In this document: piece after piece, positions 1 to 9,989 of the stretch
Numbering within the stretch: the first letter of the stretch is position 1
Layout: each line of letters starts with the position of its first letter
Assembly: GCF_964355755.1 (NCBI RefSeq)
Contig: NC_092679.1
Span: 5,486,201-5,550,200, forward strand
Length of the DNA stretch: 64,000 bases
From: Antedon mediterranea
Lineage: Eukaryota > Animalia > Echinodermata
Reading direction: 5' to 3'
Notes under the pieces: generated by a model
The model's input: the letters and a program-made list of their open reading frames with translations, nothing else
What the model was told of the DNA's origin: nothing
Database searches by the model: none
Made by a program: the position numbers and the translations under genes

Positions 1-1416
1 ACACTCTATAGTGGATGATCGACCAAAGTGTTGCAGTTTATCTTTTTGTGGTTATAGTCGGGGTGGGGGTGGGGAGGGGTGGTAGTCGAAAGTGGTGGTG
101 GATGGGCATATGGGATCTGCTTAGGTTAGCAAATAAAAGAAGTAAAATTCACAACGATCTGATAATTTATTCAAATTTCCAGAGGATATAACCTATAAAA
201 ATGACATTAAAACTGGGAATTACAGAATCTATAATTAAAAATTAATTTTTTTTCTCACAACACAACTAGAACTATATAAAACATTAAGAATTTTTCTGAC
301 CAATGAGTTTCAAATCAAATAATCAAAGAAAATAAAATGTTTTACTAATATACCATGTTTTTTTTTATATAAAAATGCCTATGTTTCTCGCAACACTGCT
401 TGTAGATTTTAAATTTACCCCAGTATTTTATTTTAGAAATCAATTATTAAACATTAGAACTACCTATTTGTAATAAATCAGCTAAAAAAATACACCACTT
501 TGGGCGTTATGGTGAAATAAAGTTTAGTTGCATTGAACAATTTAAAAAAAGTGAAAAACACCCCTTTTTAAATAAATGGTATCTCCCAAAGTATGAAATA
601 AAAAAAAATAAAAAATTTGAAACAGGTACACAATGCATTGTTATTATGCATACACTAATTATTTTTTATAATTAAATGAACAACACAAAAATATCGCTCA
701 TCAAAGTAGTGCTAATATCCATTTTAAAAAACCTTAAAAAAGGACAAAATTTGTCAAAAACACAAATTTGGCCGTTGCCATGGAAATATACGTTTGAAAT
801 AAAAAATACTTCATATTTGATTTCTCTCAACACATATATAGCCATGTGCAAAATTTGAAAGAAATCCATTTTTTTGAGTCTGCCACTTTTTTTGATATTT
901 CTTTGATTCTTACAGACAATGGCTCTTAAATTGCCCAAATTATTTTAAATCCCGTGATGGGCTTTAGATATCGGTTTAAATGCGTATGTATTTGTATAGG
1001 TTTACTAGTTATAATTAATTAATTTATAAGAGAAAACAACCTTACTGTAAATACTGTTCTTCTACTTTGTGTTTATAACTTCGAGCGAATCTGGCATCAA
1101 TGATATATGTTGAGGCAAGATATAATTCCTGAATTATATTAGTAAAAGTATTTATTGATAGTCTCTCATATTGCTTATTATAAAACTTACTTCGGTACCT
1201 AATTATTGACCTCAGTCTTTCAATATTTTTCTACTTCATTTGAGCACCATAAAGTGGTATCTTTGAGACAAATTTGATTTTTCTGATTACTGTATACAGT
1301 ACTAATAAATACCAAGGAAGGCAATTTTCATAAAAGACGTCTATATCTATTTAAGCCTACCATTATTTATATATTAAGCTTGATTGTTTAAATACCGTAA
1401 ACTTCAATACTAAAGA

Positions 1417-1614
1417 CTAGAAACTTACAGTGTAACTTAGAGGTGTATCTGGTTTTCTTTCGTCTGGCTCTACTGGTTGGTTTGCTAGATTGATTTTAAC
1501 ATGTTCCGTTGACGTATTAAAACTCACCCGTCTTGGACGTGTGATGGACGGCTGTACATCCACAAGATCAGTAAAACTCACAGTTCTGTTATGCTTTGGT
1601 CCATTTGCAGTCAT
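1417..1614 (-). CDS. Possible 65-aa microprotein or terminal coding exon of unknown function, with repeated VSF motifs
   Basis: ORF MTANG...YTVSF contains RTVSF, RRVSF and YTVSF. A pyrimidine-rich TTTTTAG acceptor-like site lies about 25 nt upstream of the ATG. No homology recognised. Confidence 0.3.
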   Translation of the reverse strand: MTANGPKHNRTVSFTDLVDVQPSITRPRRVSFNTSTEHVKINLANQPVEPDERKPDTPLSYTVSF

Positions 1615-1851
1615 TGTTCAAGGAAACGTAATTCTTACACTAAAAACTAATGAAATAAACTCAATAACGTATGTGATGTTACATAAAAGGTGTGATTCGT
1701 TTAGTTTCGGATTGCTTCCTTGTTTGAAGTAGAGATTTACGATGATAGAGTTAATACTTCGACAAGAGAAAAGGAAGCCAGAAGAGATTCTAGAGATTCT
1801 ATTTAAAATTTTACTTTTAGTCGCGTGCAAACGCAACTATACCGCTCACTA

Positions 1852-1905
1852 TGTCGGTTGGTTGGTCGGTCGGTCAGTTGGTCGGTCGGTTGGTCAGTCG
1901 ATCGG
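1852..1905. repeat. Imperfect (GGTC/GGTT)n tetranucleotide microsatellite
   Basis: gtcggttggttggtcggtcggtcagttggtcggtcggttggtcagtcg. Confidence 0.8.
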
Positions 1906-2519
1906 TAAACACTAACTCAAATTTGAGCACGCGACTGCAATCTTGTTGATAATCCTTTTGCATCGCCTCACTATTGAAGGACATCGTATACAACAGCAGA
2001 CTAGTTGGATGTGACATTTTAGTACAAAAGGTACACACTGGTACACATTGGTCCATAAACTCTTAGATAAGATATTGTACTGTTAGATCTTACGTACGTG
2101 ATTGGAACGCTTTAAAACAGATTTAGTACATTCGATAACTGATTTTACTGCGTTTTCATACCTACCTGTCTGAAATGTTCAAGTAAAGACTCAACTAACT
2201 ATTAATCCCAGTGACCAGAACGGTAACAAATCCTTAGTTATTTACGGTTTGCCTTTGTGAAAATGATTTTGTTATCTAATCTTATCTTATACGTTATGTT
2301 TATACTATAGGTCAGAAGTTGTATACTTTAATATCACAAGTGCGCATGTCATAAATACCTGGTTTCAAACTATTATTTAATCTTTAGGTCTTTATCTATA
2401 GGCCTACTTATAAAATTCATATTAATTGTTTGTTTAATGTGTGGTTGTGTTCAATATATAATGCGCCATTTTTTGGCGCTATTTCCTGAAGATCAGAGCG
2501 CTGTGGACTTAGATGTTAC

Positions 2520-2802
2520 ACCTTTTCAACCACATTCTTCTCCCCTAAGGGTCACATCGTGTCATCGGCAGCTAACTACGGCGGCGACATTACGTCTGTC
2601 CACGACAGTGAACTAGCACACCGGGGTTACCCCCTGAACGTCCAATGTACTAAGGGTCTTTAAAGTGCACACGAGCAATATGCATACACTGGACCTACGG
2701 TTTATAGTCCTTATCCGAGAAGACTTGAGCGAGTGAGCCTCGAACACTTGCCTATGTTATGGCTATAGATTACGGTTCCACTGTCTTAACCGCCCGGCCA
2801 CA
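2520..2802 (-). mobile_element. tRNA-derived SINE with Deu/Nin-like central domain
   Basis: Minus strand starts with a tRNA-like head (GTGGCCGGGCGGTTAAGAC...GTTCGAGGC), then TCGGATAAGGACTATAAACCGTAGGTCC...GCACTTTAAAGACCC...GGGGGTAACCCCGGTGT, which resembles the Deu/Nin domain. Related copies at ~24400-24530 (-) and ~55605-55830 (+). Confidence 0.7.
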
Positions 2803-2962
2803 TTACTTCGTCTTGTACTCTCATAGAAATTGCAATATGGGATAGTTTGTTAAGGTCATCAATTTCAATTCAAAATAACATTTATTTATTTTTCTCTTTC
2901 AAGGTGAATATTGACCACTTATTTTTAAAATCATTGATTTGCTTTTGTCAATTTAGGCCTAA

Positions 2963-3183
2963 CCCTTTGAAGACGCGAGGTTTCTATCCAAAGTGACTGA
3001 GGCTAAATAAGGTATTTCTATGTAAAATGTTTTGGTCTTCCGAAAAATTGTATATCATTTTGGAACTAGGTCAAAGGTCAAATGTTCAGTTACCCCAAAA
3101 AGTCAACCCGTACATATACGGGCCACGCGTCCTGGGACAGTAAATTACCCCGTATGGGATACGGCCACCACGTCTTTAAAGGG
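2963..3183. mobile_element. piggyBac-like MITE
   Basis: TIRs CCCTTTGAAGACG / CGTCTTTAAAGGG with CCC...GGG ends; flanks CTAA and TTAT are degenerate TTAA. Confidence 0.6.
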
Positions 3184-4036
3184 TTATTAAAATAAATAAA
3201 AGTAAATACAAACAACAAATACAAATTTGATGTTTAAGTTTCATTTATTGGTTTAACATAATTATACTAACATTAATGGAAAGGTTCATCTGGATATTAT
3301 TATATGTATTTTATAAAATGTGCATTTTTAATGATCAGAAAAAGAAACTGAACTGCGTTGATAAAACAGCGAAGGCTGTATGGAATAAAACGTAAGTGTT
3401 TATTTTTTCATCAAAAAAGACAATTTTATAAAATATTATAGGCCTACTAACATTATTAACAATATTAATACTTTTTAGTTCCCTTTTTTGATCAACTGAA
3501 TAATCCTTATAAAGGTCTCTTATTAAAGTGTATCAATATAACTCAAGTAGAACTTGATGTAACATACTCAGTTTGACAAACGTTGTATTGCCATCTTCTA
3601 TCCCTAAAAAGACAATAACCAATAAAAAAAATAGTATTATCAAACAGTATTACGGGGTAGGCCTATTAATAATAAGGTATCAATTATTATTTTGTATATC
3701 TTTACCTCAGACGCGGTCGGTGTATCTTTAATTAAACAAAAGGTATGGATTTCATAACTTTACAAAAGAAAGTGAAAACAAACACACAAGCAAGTAATAT
3801 ACTTTTCCCAGTGTCACTTACTCGTGTTTGTTGTTATGGTAACCTGCCACGCCATGGAACCAGTAGTCAGGTGCTCCTGGTAATGAATATTCATGATGTC
3901 CATCAAACGCATTTTCGTATGGCGTATTGTAACAATTAACAACATAATAGTTGTCATTTTCACAACAATATAACTTCCATCTGAGAATTAAAAATACTCA
4001 TTTACATGAAAACACACACACACACAGCTACTCTTA

Positions 4037-4178
4037 AAGCTCTGTTTACACTATCAAACTAGTTTGAAAAAATAAGTGCGTTGTGCCCAAATATGGTAGG
4101 TGATAAGATGTCATTGTGTCCATATAGGCACATCACATTTTTTTGTCCCATAAAGTTTGACAGTGTAAACAGAGCTTT
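4037..4178. mobile_element. PIF/Harbinger (Tourist)-like MITE, family 1
   Basis: TIRs AGCTCTGTTTACACTATCAAACT / AGTTTGACAGTGTAAACAGAGCT in TWA context. Further copies at ~52353-52410, 54337-54457, 58541-58681, 58938-59010 (partial), 63489-63653. Confidence 0.75.
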
Positions 4179-4494
4179 ATATCATTTTCATAATCGATAA
4201 TGATGATAATTGATAACACATACCACATACTGTACTGTATTATCAATAAAGATTTCATTTTTTAGAACTATAAAATGTTCTGTTTTTCTAAATTATTCAA
4301 CAGTTTGTTCTTTTTTGTTCATTTTTTAAAATCATCTTTGTGTTTAAAATTAAAAGTGGATGGTTATTTTGTTATTATTAAATTACTGTACCTTCTATCT
4401 TCGCGCTTGTCGTCATGGTAACTCTGAGCGCCAGCAATGATTCCGTTGTATGGACAGTTTGCATTAAATGGTTCATCAAAATCGTTTATGTAGA

Positions 4495-4941
4495 TGTCAC
4501 GAACTCCTCTCACGTATGTTTCCGAGCGGTTGAAAATACTTTAGGAACTCCCTTGTGACATAAAAGTATACACACAAAATCCACAAAGTTGTAAAATAAC
4601 TCAAAACAAAGCTTTAATTTCAATCAACTTCAACTTTTAACAATCCAGTAAGCACTTTAAACAACAGCTTCACAATAACTTTACAATATAACATCCAACC
4701 TCTAATCCAACAACCTTACAATAGTTTACATCCCTTTATATACAAGATGCTCCTATCCTTCTAGATCATTCTTTATACTTCTCATTATTACATGATTACA
4801 GTTTCTATTAATAGCACTTCTGGAATGTTCTTGATTGTTCTTATTAATTATACATGGTTTCTTAAATCAAAACATCTAATTCTAGAATGTTCATGTAAAT
4901 ACTATGTTACTCTATATGTTAGGGAATGGTAATTTATTACA
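4495..4941 (-). repeat. 3' LTR
   Basis: Direct repeat of 7843-8289; only one mismatch seen by eye (TATATGTT vs TATACGTT). Confidence 0.95.
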
Positions 4942-4955
4942 CTCCCCCCTCTTTC
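4942..4955 (-). other. Polypurine tract (PPT)
   Basis: Purine-only run on the minus strand (reverse complement of CTCCCCCTCTTTC) directly abutting the 3' LTR TG. Confidence 0.85.
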
Positions 4956-5060
4956 TGAGCTCAAAACTCTTTCTTGGAGTTTTGAGGGGCAAGTATACAC
5001 GGACGTGTCAAAATATAACATTTTCGACCTAGAAACCCTGTTTAATATATGAATATAAAT

Positions 5061-7481
5061 TCAAACTACATTACGTGAAAACCAAATTCTCATTACAATC
5101 AAAATGTAAGAAACAAGTAACTTATAAATTTGACTCAACAACTTAGAGGTAAAGTTAGAACCTTGATCGGTTAAAATTTCTGTTGGTACCCCTACCCTGG
5201 AAAATAATTTAATCAACTCATCCGCTATCTTTGGAGCTTCAATACTTCTCAGTGGGATAGCCTCCGGATATCGAGTTGCATAATCACATATAACCAAGAC
5301 ATATTTATTTCCTGTCTTACTCCGTGCTAGTGGACCAACAATGTCCATAGCGATTCGGCGGAATGGTTCACTGATTATTGGCATAGGAATCATCGGGGCC
5401 TTCAATTTAGTTTTATACTTTAAAGTTTTCTGGCAATTTTCACAAGTGTTGCAATATTCGGTCACATCCTTTCTAATACCAGGCCAAAAGAATCTCTGCT
5501 TTATCCTATCTAATGTCTTTTTCCTACCTAAATGACCTGCCAAAGGAATATCATGTGAGACTTTCAATACACTATTACGGCAAGGGTATGGAACCACTAA
5601 TTGCTCTATTGGTTCTGTCTGGTGTTTAGTGAAAACCAGCCTAAATAAAATTCCATCCTTGCAGACTATCTTTATAGTGTCATCATCTTTCTGTACTAAC
5701 ATCTGTTCTCGAAGTGAAATTAAAGTTCTATCCTTAACCTGATAATCCTTAATTTTATCTCTGCCAATATCTAAAATGTCTAATTCACTATCTTGGCTAG
5801 ATTGAGCTTCCTTTGTTTTTGCAAACTCTTTCCTAACTTTTCGTTTTTCACTTCTGGTTTTATGAACTTTTTCCTTGGGAGGGTTGTTACTGAGTAGTTG
5901 GCCATCTAAATGTCCAAATTCTTCTTGAAAATTAACCACATCATCTAACTGATGTGAAATAACCCCAGAAGCTTTTTCCGACTTTAATTCGTTTTCCTCT
6001 CTTAGTTTTTCTTTTCTAGCATGATCTCTAGTGGCAACAAAACTATGCCTATCATGATTCTTATCCCCCTTCCCTAATAAGTCTCCAAATTTAGGAAAGT
6101 CCCTACCAAGAATTACATCTCTTGGTAAATCGCTGCAAACGCCAACCAACAAATTATGGTCTTCGTTATTAACCTTAATATTGACGAATGCAGTAGGATA
6201 GGCTTGGACATGGTCATGGACGCACCTGCATGTAATTTTAGCTTGCTCCGCGCGATTAATTTTCTTAGCCGCTACTAAATCAGAATGAACAAGTGTCATA
6301 TCACATCCAGAGTCTATCAAAATTTCACAATCACATCCTTCAACTAGGCCTCTACAAACGTAAGGTGTACATGGTTTTGAAACAGTATCTGTCTTTGTCG
6401 ACAAAAAGCCATCCTTACTTCGACAAAATCGTTCTATATGGCCTACTTTTTTGCACCGTCTACAAACGAGAGGTTGTCTAGCGTCAGATTGTGATTTATG
6501 AAAGTTATCAGGGGGATTATTATTACCCTTACTGTCAACTTCAGGAGTGCCTTTCACTGTTTTCTCCTGGTTGTTTCTATTTTCGTGTTTTCTATTTTGA
6601 AACTTTTTCTCAAAATCGATACCTTTTCTAGCTTGAAAATAATTATCTGCTAATTCTGCAGCATTTAATCCAGAATCTGGTTTATGTTCTTTAACCCAAA
6701 TTTGTACCCCTGTGGGCATAATATCTATTAATTGCTCTAAAATAACAATTTCAGCTAAATCATCTTTGCTTTTATCAGCAGGCCTAGCCCACTTAGTAAA
6801 TAAATCTTTTAACCTAACATACATTTCTCTATAACTTTCTTCACTTTTCTTTTTAATTGACCTAAACCTTTGCCTATATGTCTCTTCAGTTATGTCATAC
6901 CTTTGTAATAATGCTTTCTTCACTATGTTGTACTGGTTACTTTCTGTCACTGGTAGTGATGCATAGGCTGCTCTTGCTTTGCCTGTCAAATGTGGTATCA
7001 GTTTTACTACCCAGTGTTCTTTTCGCCACTCATAGGTGTTAGCAATTCGTTCAAACGTAGTGAGATAATTTTCAATATCATCACTATCAGAAAGTTTTGC
7101 AATCTGAACTTCCTTCAATCTCATTATATCTTTTAATCGTTTCTCCTCACTGTCCTTTTGCTTATCCATTAACGCCATTACCAATGCTTGCTGTTTCTCC
7201 ATATCTTCCCGACGTCTTTCATTATCTTCTTGACGTAAACGTTCTTGTTGTTTCATCATCTGCTGCATCATAATATTCTGCTGTTGCATTTGCTGCTGCA
7301 TCAACAACAAAAATTTTTTTGAAAATGAGTCAGCCCCTGTAGGGTTATGTCCACTGGTTGGTCCAGACTCTTCTGCCTGTTGTTCAGGTTGTATTGATTG
7401 AACTGATTCTACATCCGAATCAGTTTCATCGCCGCCGCTGTATTCTCTACCGGATCTTGTTGTTGATTGTTTATCAGCCAT
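5061..7481 (-). CDS. Gag (SCAN-like capsid + CCHC zinc knuckle)-aspartic protease-truncated integrase polyprotein, 806 aa
   Basis: SCAN-like TEETYRQRFR...LEQL...WVKEHKP; knuckle CRRCKKVGHIERFC; protease LIDSGCDMTLV; integrase HHCC (HDIPLAGHLG...CNTCENC) and core (MDIVGPL, LTDQGSNF). Protease followed directly by integrase is the Gmr1 domain order. The ORF leaves integrase homology before the catalytic Glu. Confidence 0.9.
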   Translation of the reverse strand: MADKQSTTRSGREYSGGDETDSDVESVQSIQPEQQAEESGPTSGHNPTGADSFSKKFLLLMQQQMQQQNIMMQQMMKQQERLRQEDNERRREDMEKQQALVMALMDKQKDSEEKRLKDIMRLKEVQIAKLSDSDDIENYLTTFERIANTYEWRKEHWVVKLIPHLTGKARAAYASLPVTESNQYNIVKKALLQRYDITEETYRQRFRSIKKKSEESYREMYVRLKDLFTKWARPADKSKDDLAEIVILEQLIDIMPTGVQIWVKEHKPDSGLNAAELADNYFQARKGIDFEKKFQNRKHENRNNQEKTVKGTPEVDSKGNNNPPDNFHKSQSDARQPLVCRRCKKVGHIERFCRSKDGFLSTKTDTVSKPCTPYVCRGLVEGCDCEILIDSGCDMTLVHSDLVAAKKINRAEQAKITCRCVHDHVQAYPTAFVNIKVNNEDHNLLVGVCSDLPRDVILGRDFPKFGDLLGKGDKNHDRHSFVATRDHARKEKLREENELKSEKASGVISHQLDDVVNFQEEFGHLDGQLLSNNPPKEKVHKTRSEKRKVRKEFAKTKEAQSSQDSELDILDIGRDKIKDYQVKDRTLISLREQMLVQKDDDTIKIVCKDGILFRLVFTKHQTEPIEQLVVPYPCRNSVLKVSHDIPLAGHLGRKKTLDRIKQRFFWPGIRKDVTEYCNTCENCQKTLKYKTKLKAPMIPMPIISEPFRRIAMDIVGPLARSKTGNKYVLVICDYATRYPEAIPLRSIEAPKIADELIKLFSRVGVPTEILTDQGSNFTSKLLSQIYKLLVSYILIVMRIWFSRNVV

Positions 7482-7798
7482 TTTAAATCTGGATGAGGGT
7501 CTTGTTACTAGTTAATCGTAGTTACCGAGACGTTCACAAGTCTACTGTTCCAAATAAATAATGTACTGTTCTTAAAACAATGTTTGTGTACTTACGATTA
7601 AACAAAACGTAGCACCACGGCTTCCGTAAAATATCTCAGTATCGTAAGTACCGCTTCCTCAAAATATCAATAAAAGTACAGTTGATCCTAAACAGCCACC
7701 AATCTATGGCAAAATACAGTAGATCAAACTGCTACCACAAAATATCACAACAGTACTGTAGATAAAAACACAGTTAAGTCGAACAGTAGATCGAAATA

Positions 7799-7842
7799 AC
7801 CGCTGCCACCAAATTAGGCTGAACACCGCTGCCACCAAATTA
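7799..7842 (-). other. Primer binding site (tRNA-Leu type), tandemly duplicated
   Basis: TAATTTGGTGGCAGCGGT occurs twice on the minus strand, immediately inside the 5' LTR. TGGTGGCAGCGGT is complementary to the 3' end of metazoan tRNA-Leu (ACCGCTGCCA-CCA). Confidence 0.8.
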
Positions 7843-8289
7843 TGTCACGAACTCCTCTCACGTATGTTTCCGAGCGGTTGAAAATACTTTAGGAACTCCC
7901 TTGTGACATAAAAGTATACACACAAAATCCACAAAGTTGTAAAATAACTCAAAACAAAGCTTTAATTTCAATCAACTTCAACTTTTAACAATCCAGTAAG
8001 CACTTTAAACAACAGCTTCACAATAACTTTACAATATAACATCCAACCTCTAATCCAACAACCTTACAATAGTTTACATCCCTTTATATACAAGATGCTC
8101 CTATCCTTCTAGATCATTCTTTATACTTCTCATTATTACATGATTACAGTTTCTATTAATAGCACTTCTGGAATGTTCTTGATTGTTCTTATTAATTATA
8201 CATGGTTTCTTAAATCAAAACATCTAATTCTAGAATGTTCATGTAAATACTATGTTACTCTATACGTTAGGGAATGGTAATTTATTACA
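7843..8289 (-). repeat. 5' LTR
   Basis: Direct repeat of 4495-4941, TG...CA ends. Confidence 0.95.
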
Positions 8290-9431
8290 GTAGAATGTCC
8301 AATTACATCTTGTAAATGTCTGGTCAAACTTTCTGTGAAAAAATGCAATAATGAGGAAAGAGCAGACTCTAACTTAGCGCAGCGCTAGTGAATTGACCAA
8401 CCACAAGCGACAGTTCGGATGATCAATCGGCGTCGCGATTGTTCAAATTACTTGCGGCGCGCTTACGTCCTTGCGTTGCGTCCTCTTTGGTGTTTTGTAG
8501 ACTTAACGCTATAGTATGTAGGAAAAATTCAAGTTCCATTTCACTCAGAATATCAAAACATACGTCTGCAGCGTCAGATTGCTTACAAGTATTCTCATAC
8601 TTACGCACACGTGAACTCAAACTTTCTGTCTTCCTTCTTGTCACTGTGATCAGAAACGACCTTGCTGATCACCTCTCCGGGGGGACATCTGAAAAAGAAG
8701 ACTAATTATTATAAACTTTGTGTTTAAAGGTTCATTCATACTCAAAGCAACGAACATATCTGATGAGGCATATTGAGGCTGGCATTAATAACGATAATCT
8801 ATTCTTTGTTATACTTCATAATGATTATTTGTTGATTACTATACCTACCTGAAATTCACATCTTCATCATACTCATTATGCCAATCAACAGCAGTGGCAA
8901 GGACGGCGACAACAACAATCAAAATACTCAAAACCGCAAAGGACTTCATAATTTAGAGTATTAATTATGGGTTTTCTAATGTATTGAAACTTGTATGTAT
9001 TTGTTGCCTCTTATAAACAATAGACCTGCGTGTTTGTTATCGCGTTTAAGGCGTGACTTTTTAATTACGATAGCGTAGGAAAATCATTGATTGATTAAAC
9101 CCAACAAATATTGTATAGGCTTGGTGACGATAACTTTAAGGCGACGATAATGATAGTAATGAAAATTATATTTTTTTGTTAGATCAGGTGGTATCATACC
9201 AAGTTCTCCCACCGTTTCTCATAAACAAATAACATTGACTTTGATACTGGTTATACGACGCAACGCAAGAGAGTCGACCAATGACAAGCCACAAAATAAT
9301 CCATCGCTTGTGATTGGTGAAGTAACTCTTACAGTCTTTTTTTTTCTGTAGACATCCAGCATGGGATTAATTATATCGTTTGTTACTCATTTTTGTCATC
9401 ATTCATCGACATTTTTATTCCAATGTCAAAA

Positions 9432-9926
9432 TAAAGAAAGCCACTCCGAGAGTGCCTACCTCCGCCTACTGTAAAATTTTCCTACATAAGATTTCTCCGG
9501 GAAAATATATATATGTGTGTGTGTCTTAATGCTGTGTGTGATTTAGGCTAATTTCACTACAAGCATGTGTATGCGAATTTGGTGTAATGGTTATGTAACC
9601 AGCCTTTCAATTAACAATAGTATCAGCTGATTAACAATAGAACAGCAACGCCAAAAATAAATGGGTGAATTTGAAAAGAAATAGGTTTGTTTAAACTACT
9701 CGTATCAAAAAACCTGTAAATTAAATCAAATTATGTTTTAAAATTACAAATCACAAATTATAACTCTTGCCTCTTGGTTTTTTGGACAAGTAGTTCTCGA
9801 GAAAAGGCAATTTCAGTTACTTAACACTGGCAGGTCTAAAAAGATCTTGTAATTACTTTTTGAGTAATCCTGCTACTAACAAACAAACACACGCGATCGA
9901 CTACTATACCTCCTTGGCGGAAGTAA
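9432..9926 (-). mobile_element. Non-autonomous Helentron-type (HINE/DINE-1-like) element
   Basis: Minus strand begins TACTTCCGCCAAGGAGGTA followed by GTTT repeats, and ends GGCGGAGGTA plus the hairpin CACTCTCGGAGTG. A related 3' end lies at ~45410-45555 and an inverted internal piece at ~45960-46035. Confidence 0.6.
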
Positions 9927-9989
9927 ATTAAAGTTATCTATATATAAATTTACGTAAGGGCAAAATTCGGTAAATCGCGCCTTACTTCT

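Larger units (their letters stand above)
4495..8289 (-). mobile_element. Gmr1-like Gypsy LTR retrotransposon, internally deleted (no RT/RNase H)
   Basis: Two 447-bp TG...CA LTRs (4495-4941, 7843-8289), 5-bp TSD GTAGA (4490-4494, 8290-8294), PBS next to the right LTR, PPT next to the left LTR, and a single gag-PR-IN ORF. Confidence 0.95.
3543..8949 (-). pseudogene. Dermatopontin/HAAF-like secreted protein gene (181 aa reconstructed), interrupted in exon 3 by an LTR retrotransposon
   Basis: GT-AG exons: 8949-8849 (MKSFAVLSILIVVVAVLATAVDWHNEYDEDVNFR, signal peptide); 8688-8605 (CPPGEVISKVVSDHSDKKEDRKFEFTC); 8332-8290 + 4489-4392 (KFDQTFTRCNWTFY|INDFDEPFNANCPYNGIIAGAQSYHDDKREDRR); 3980-3822 (WKLYCC...GVAGYHNNKHE); 3603-3543 (DRRWQYNVCQTEYVTSSST*). 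Three S/G-x-H-x-x-x-x-E-D-R repeats typical of dermatopontin. The frame is open once the element and one TSD copy are removed. Confidence 0.9.

Noticed and set aside
200-930. Possible DNA-transposon arm ending at TTAA (~926)
   Set aside because: The composition is suggestive, but no partner TIR or second copy is visible in the window.
1874-2056. 60-aa ORF
   Set aside because: Ends in a microsatellite; no recognisable domain or splice support.
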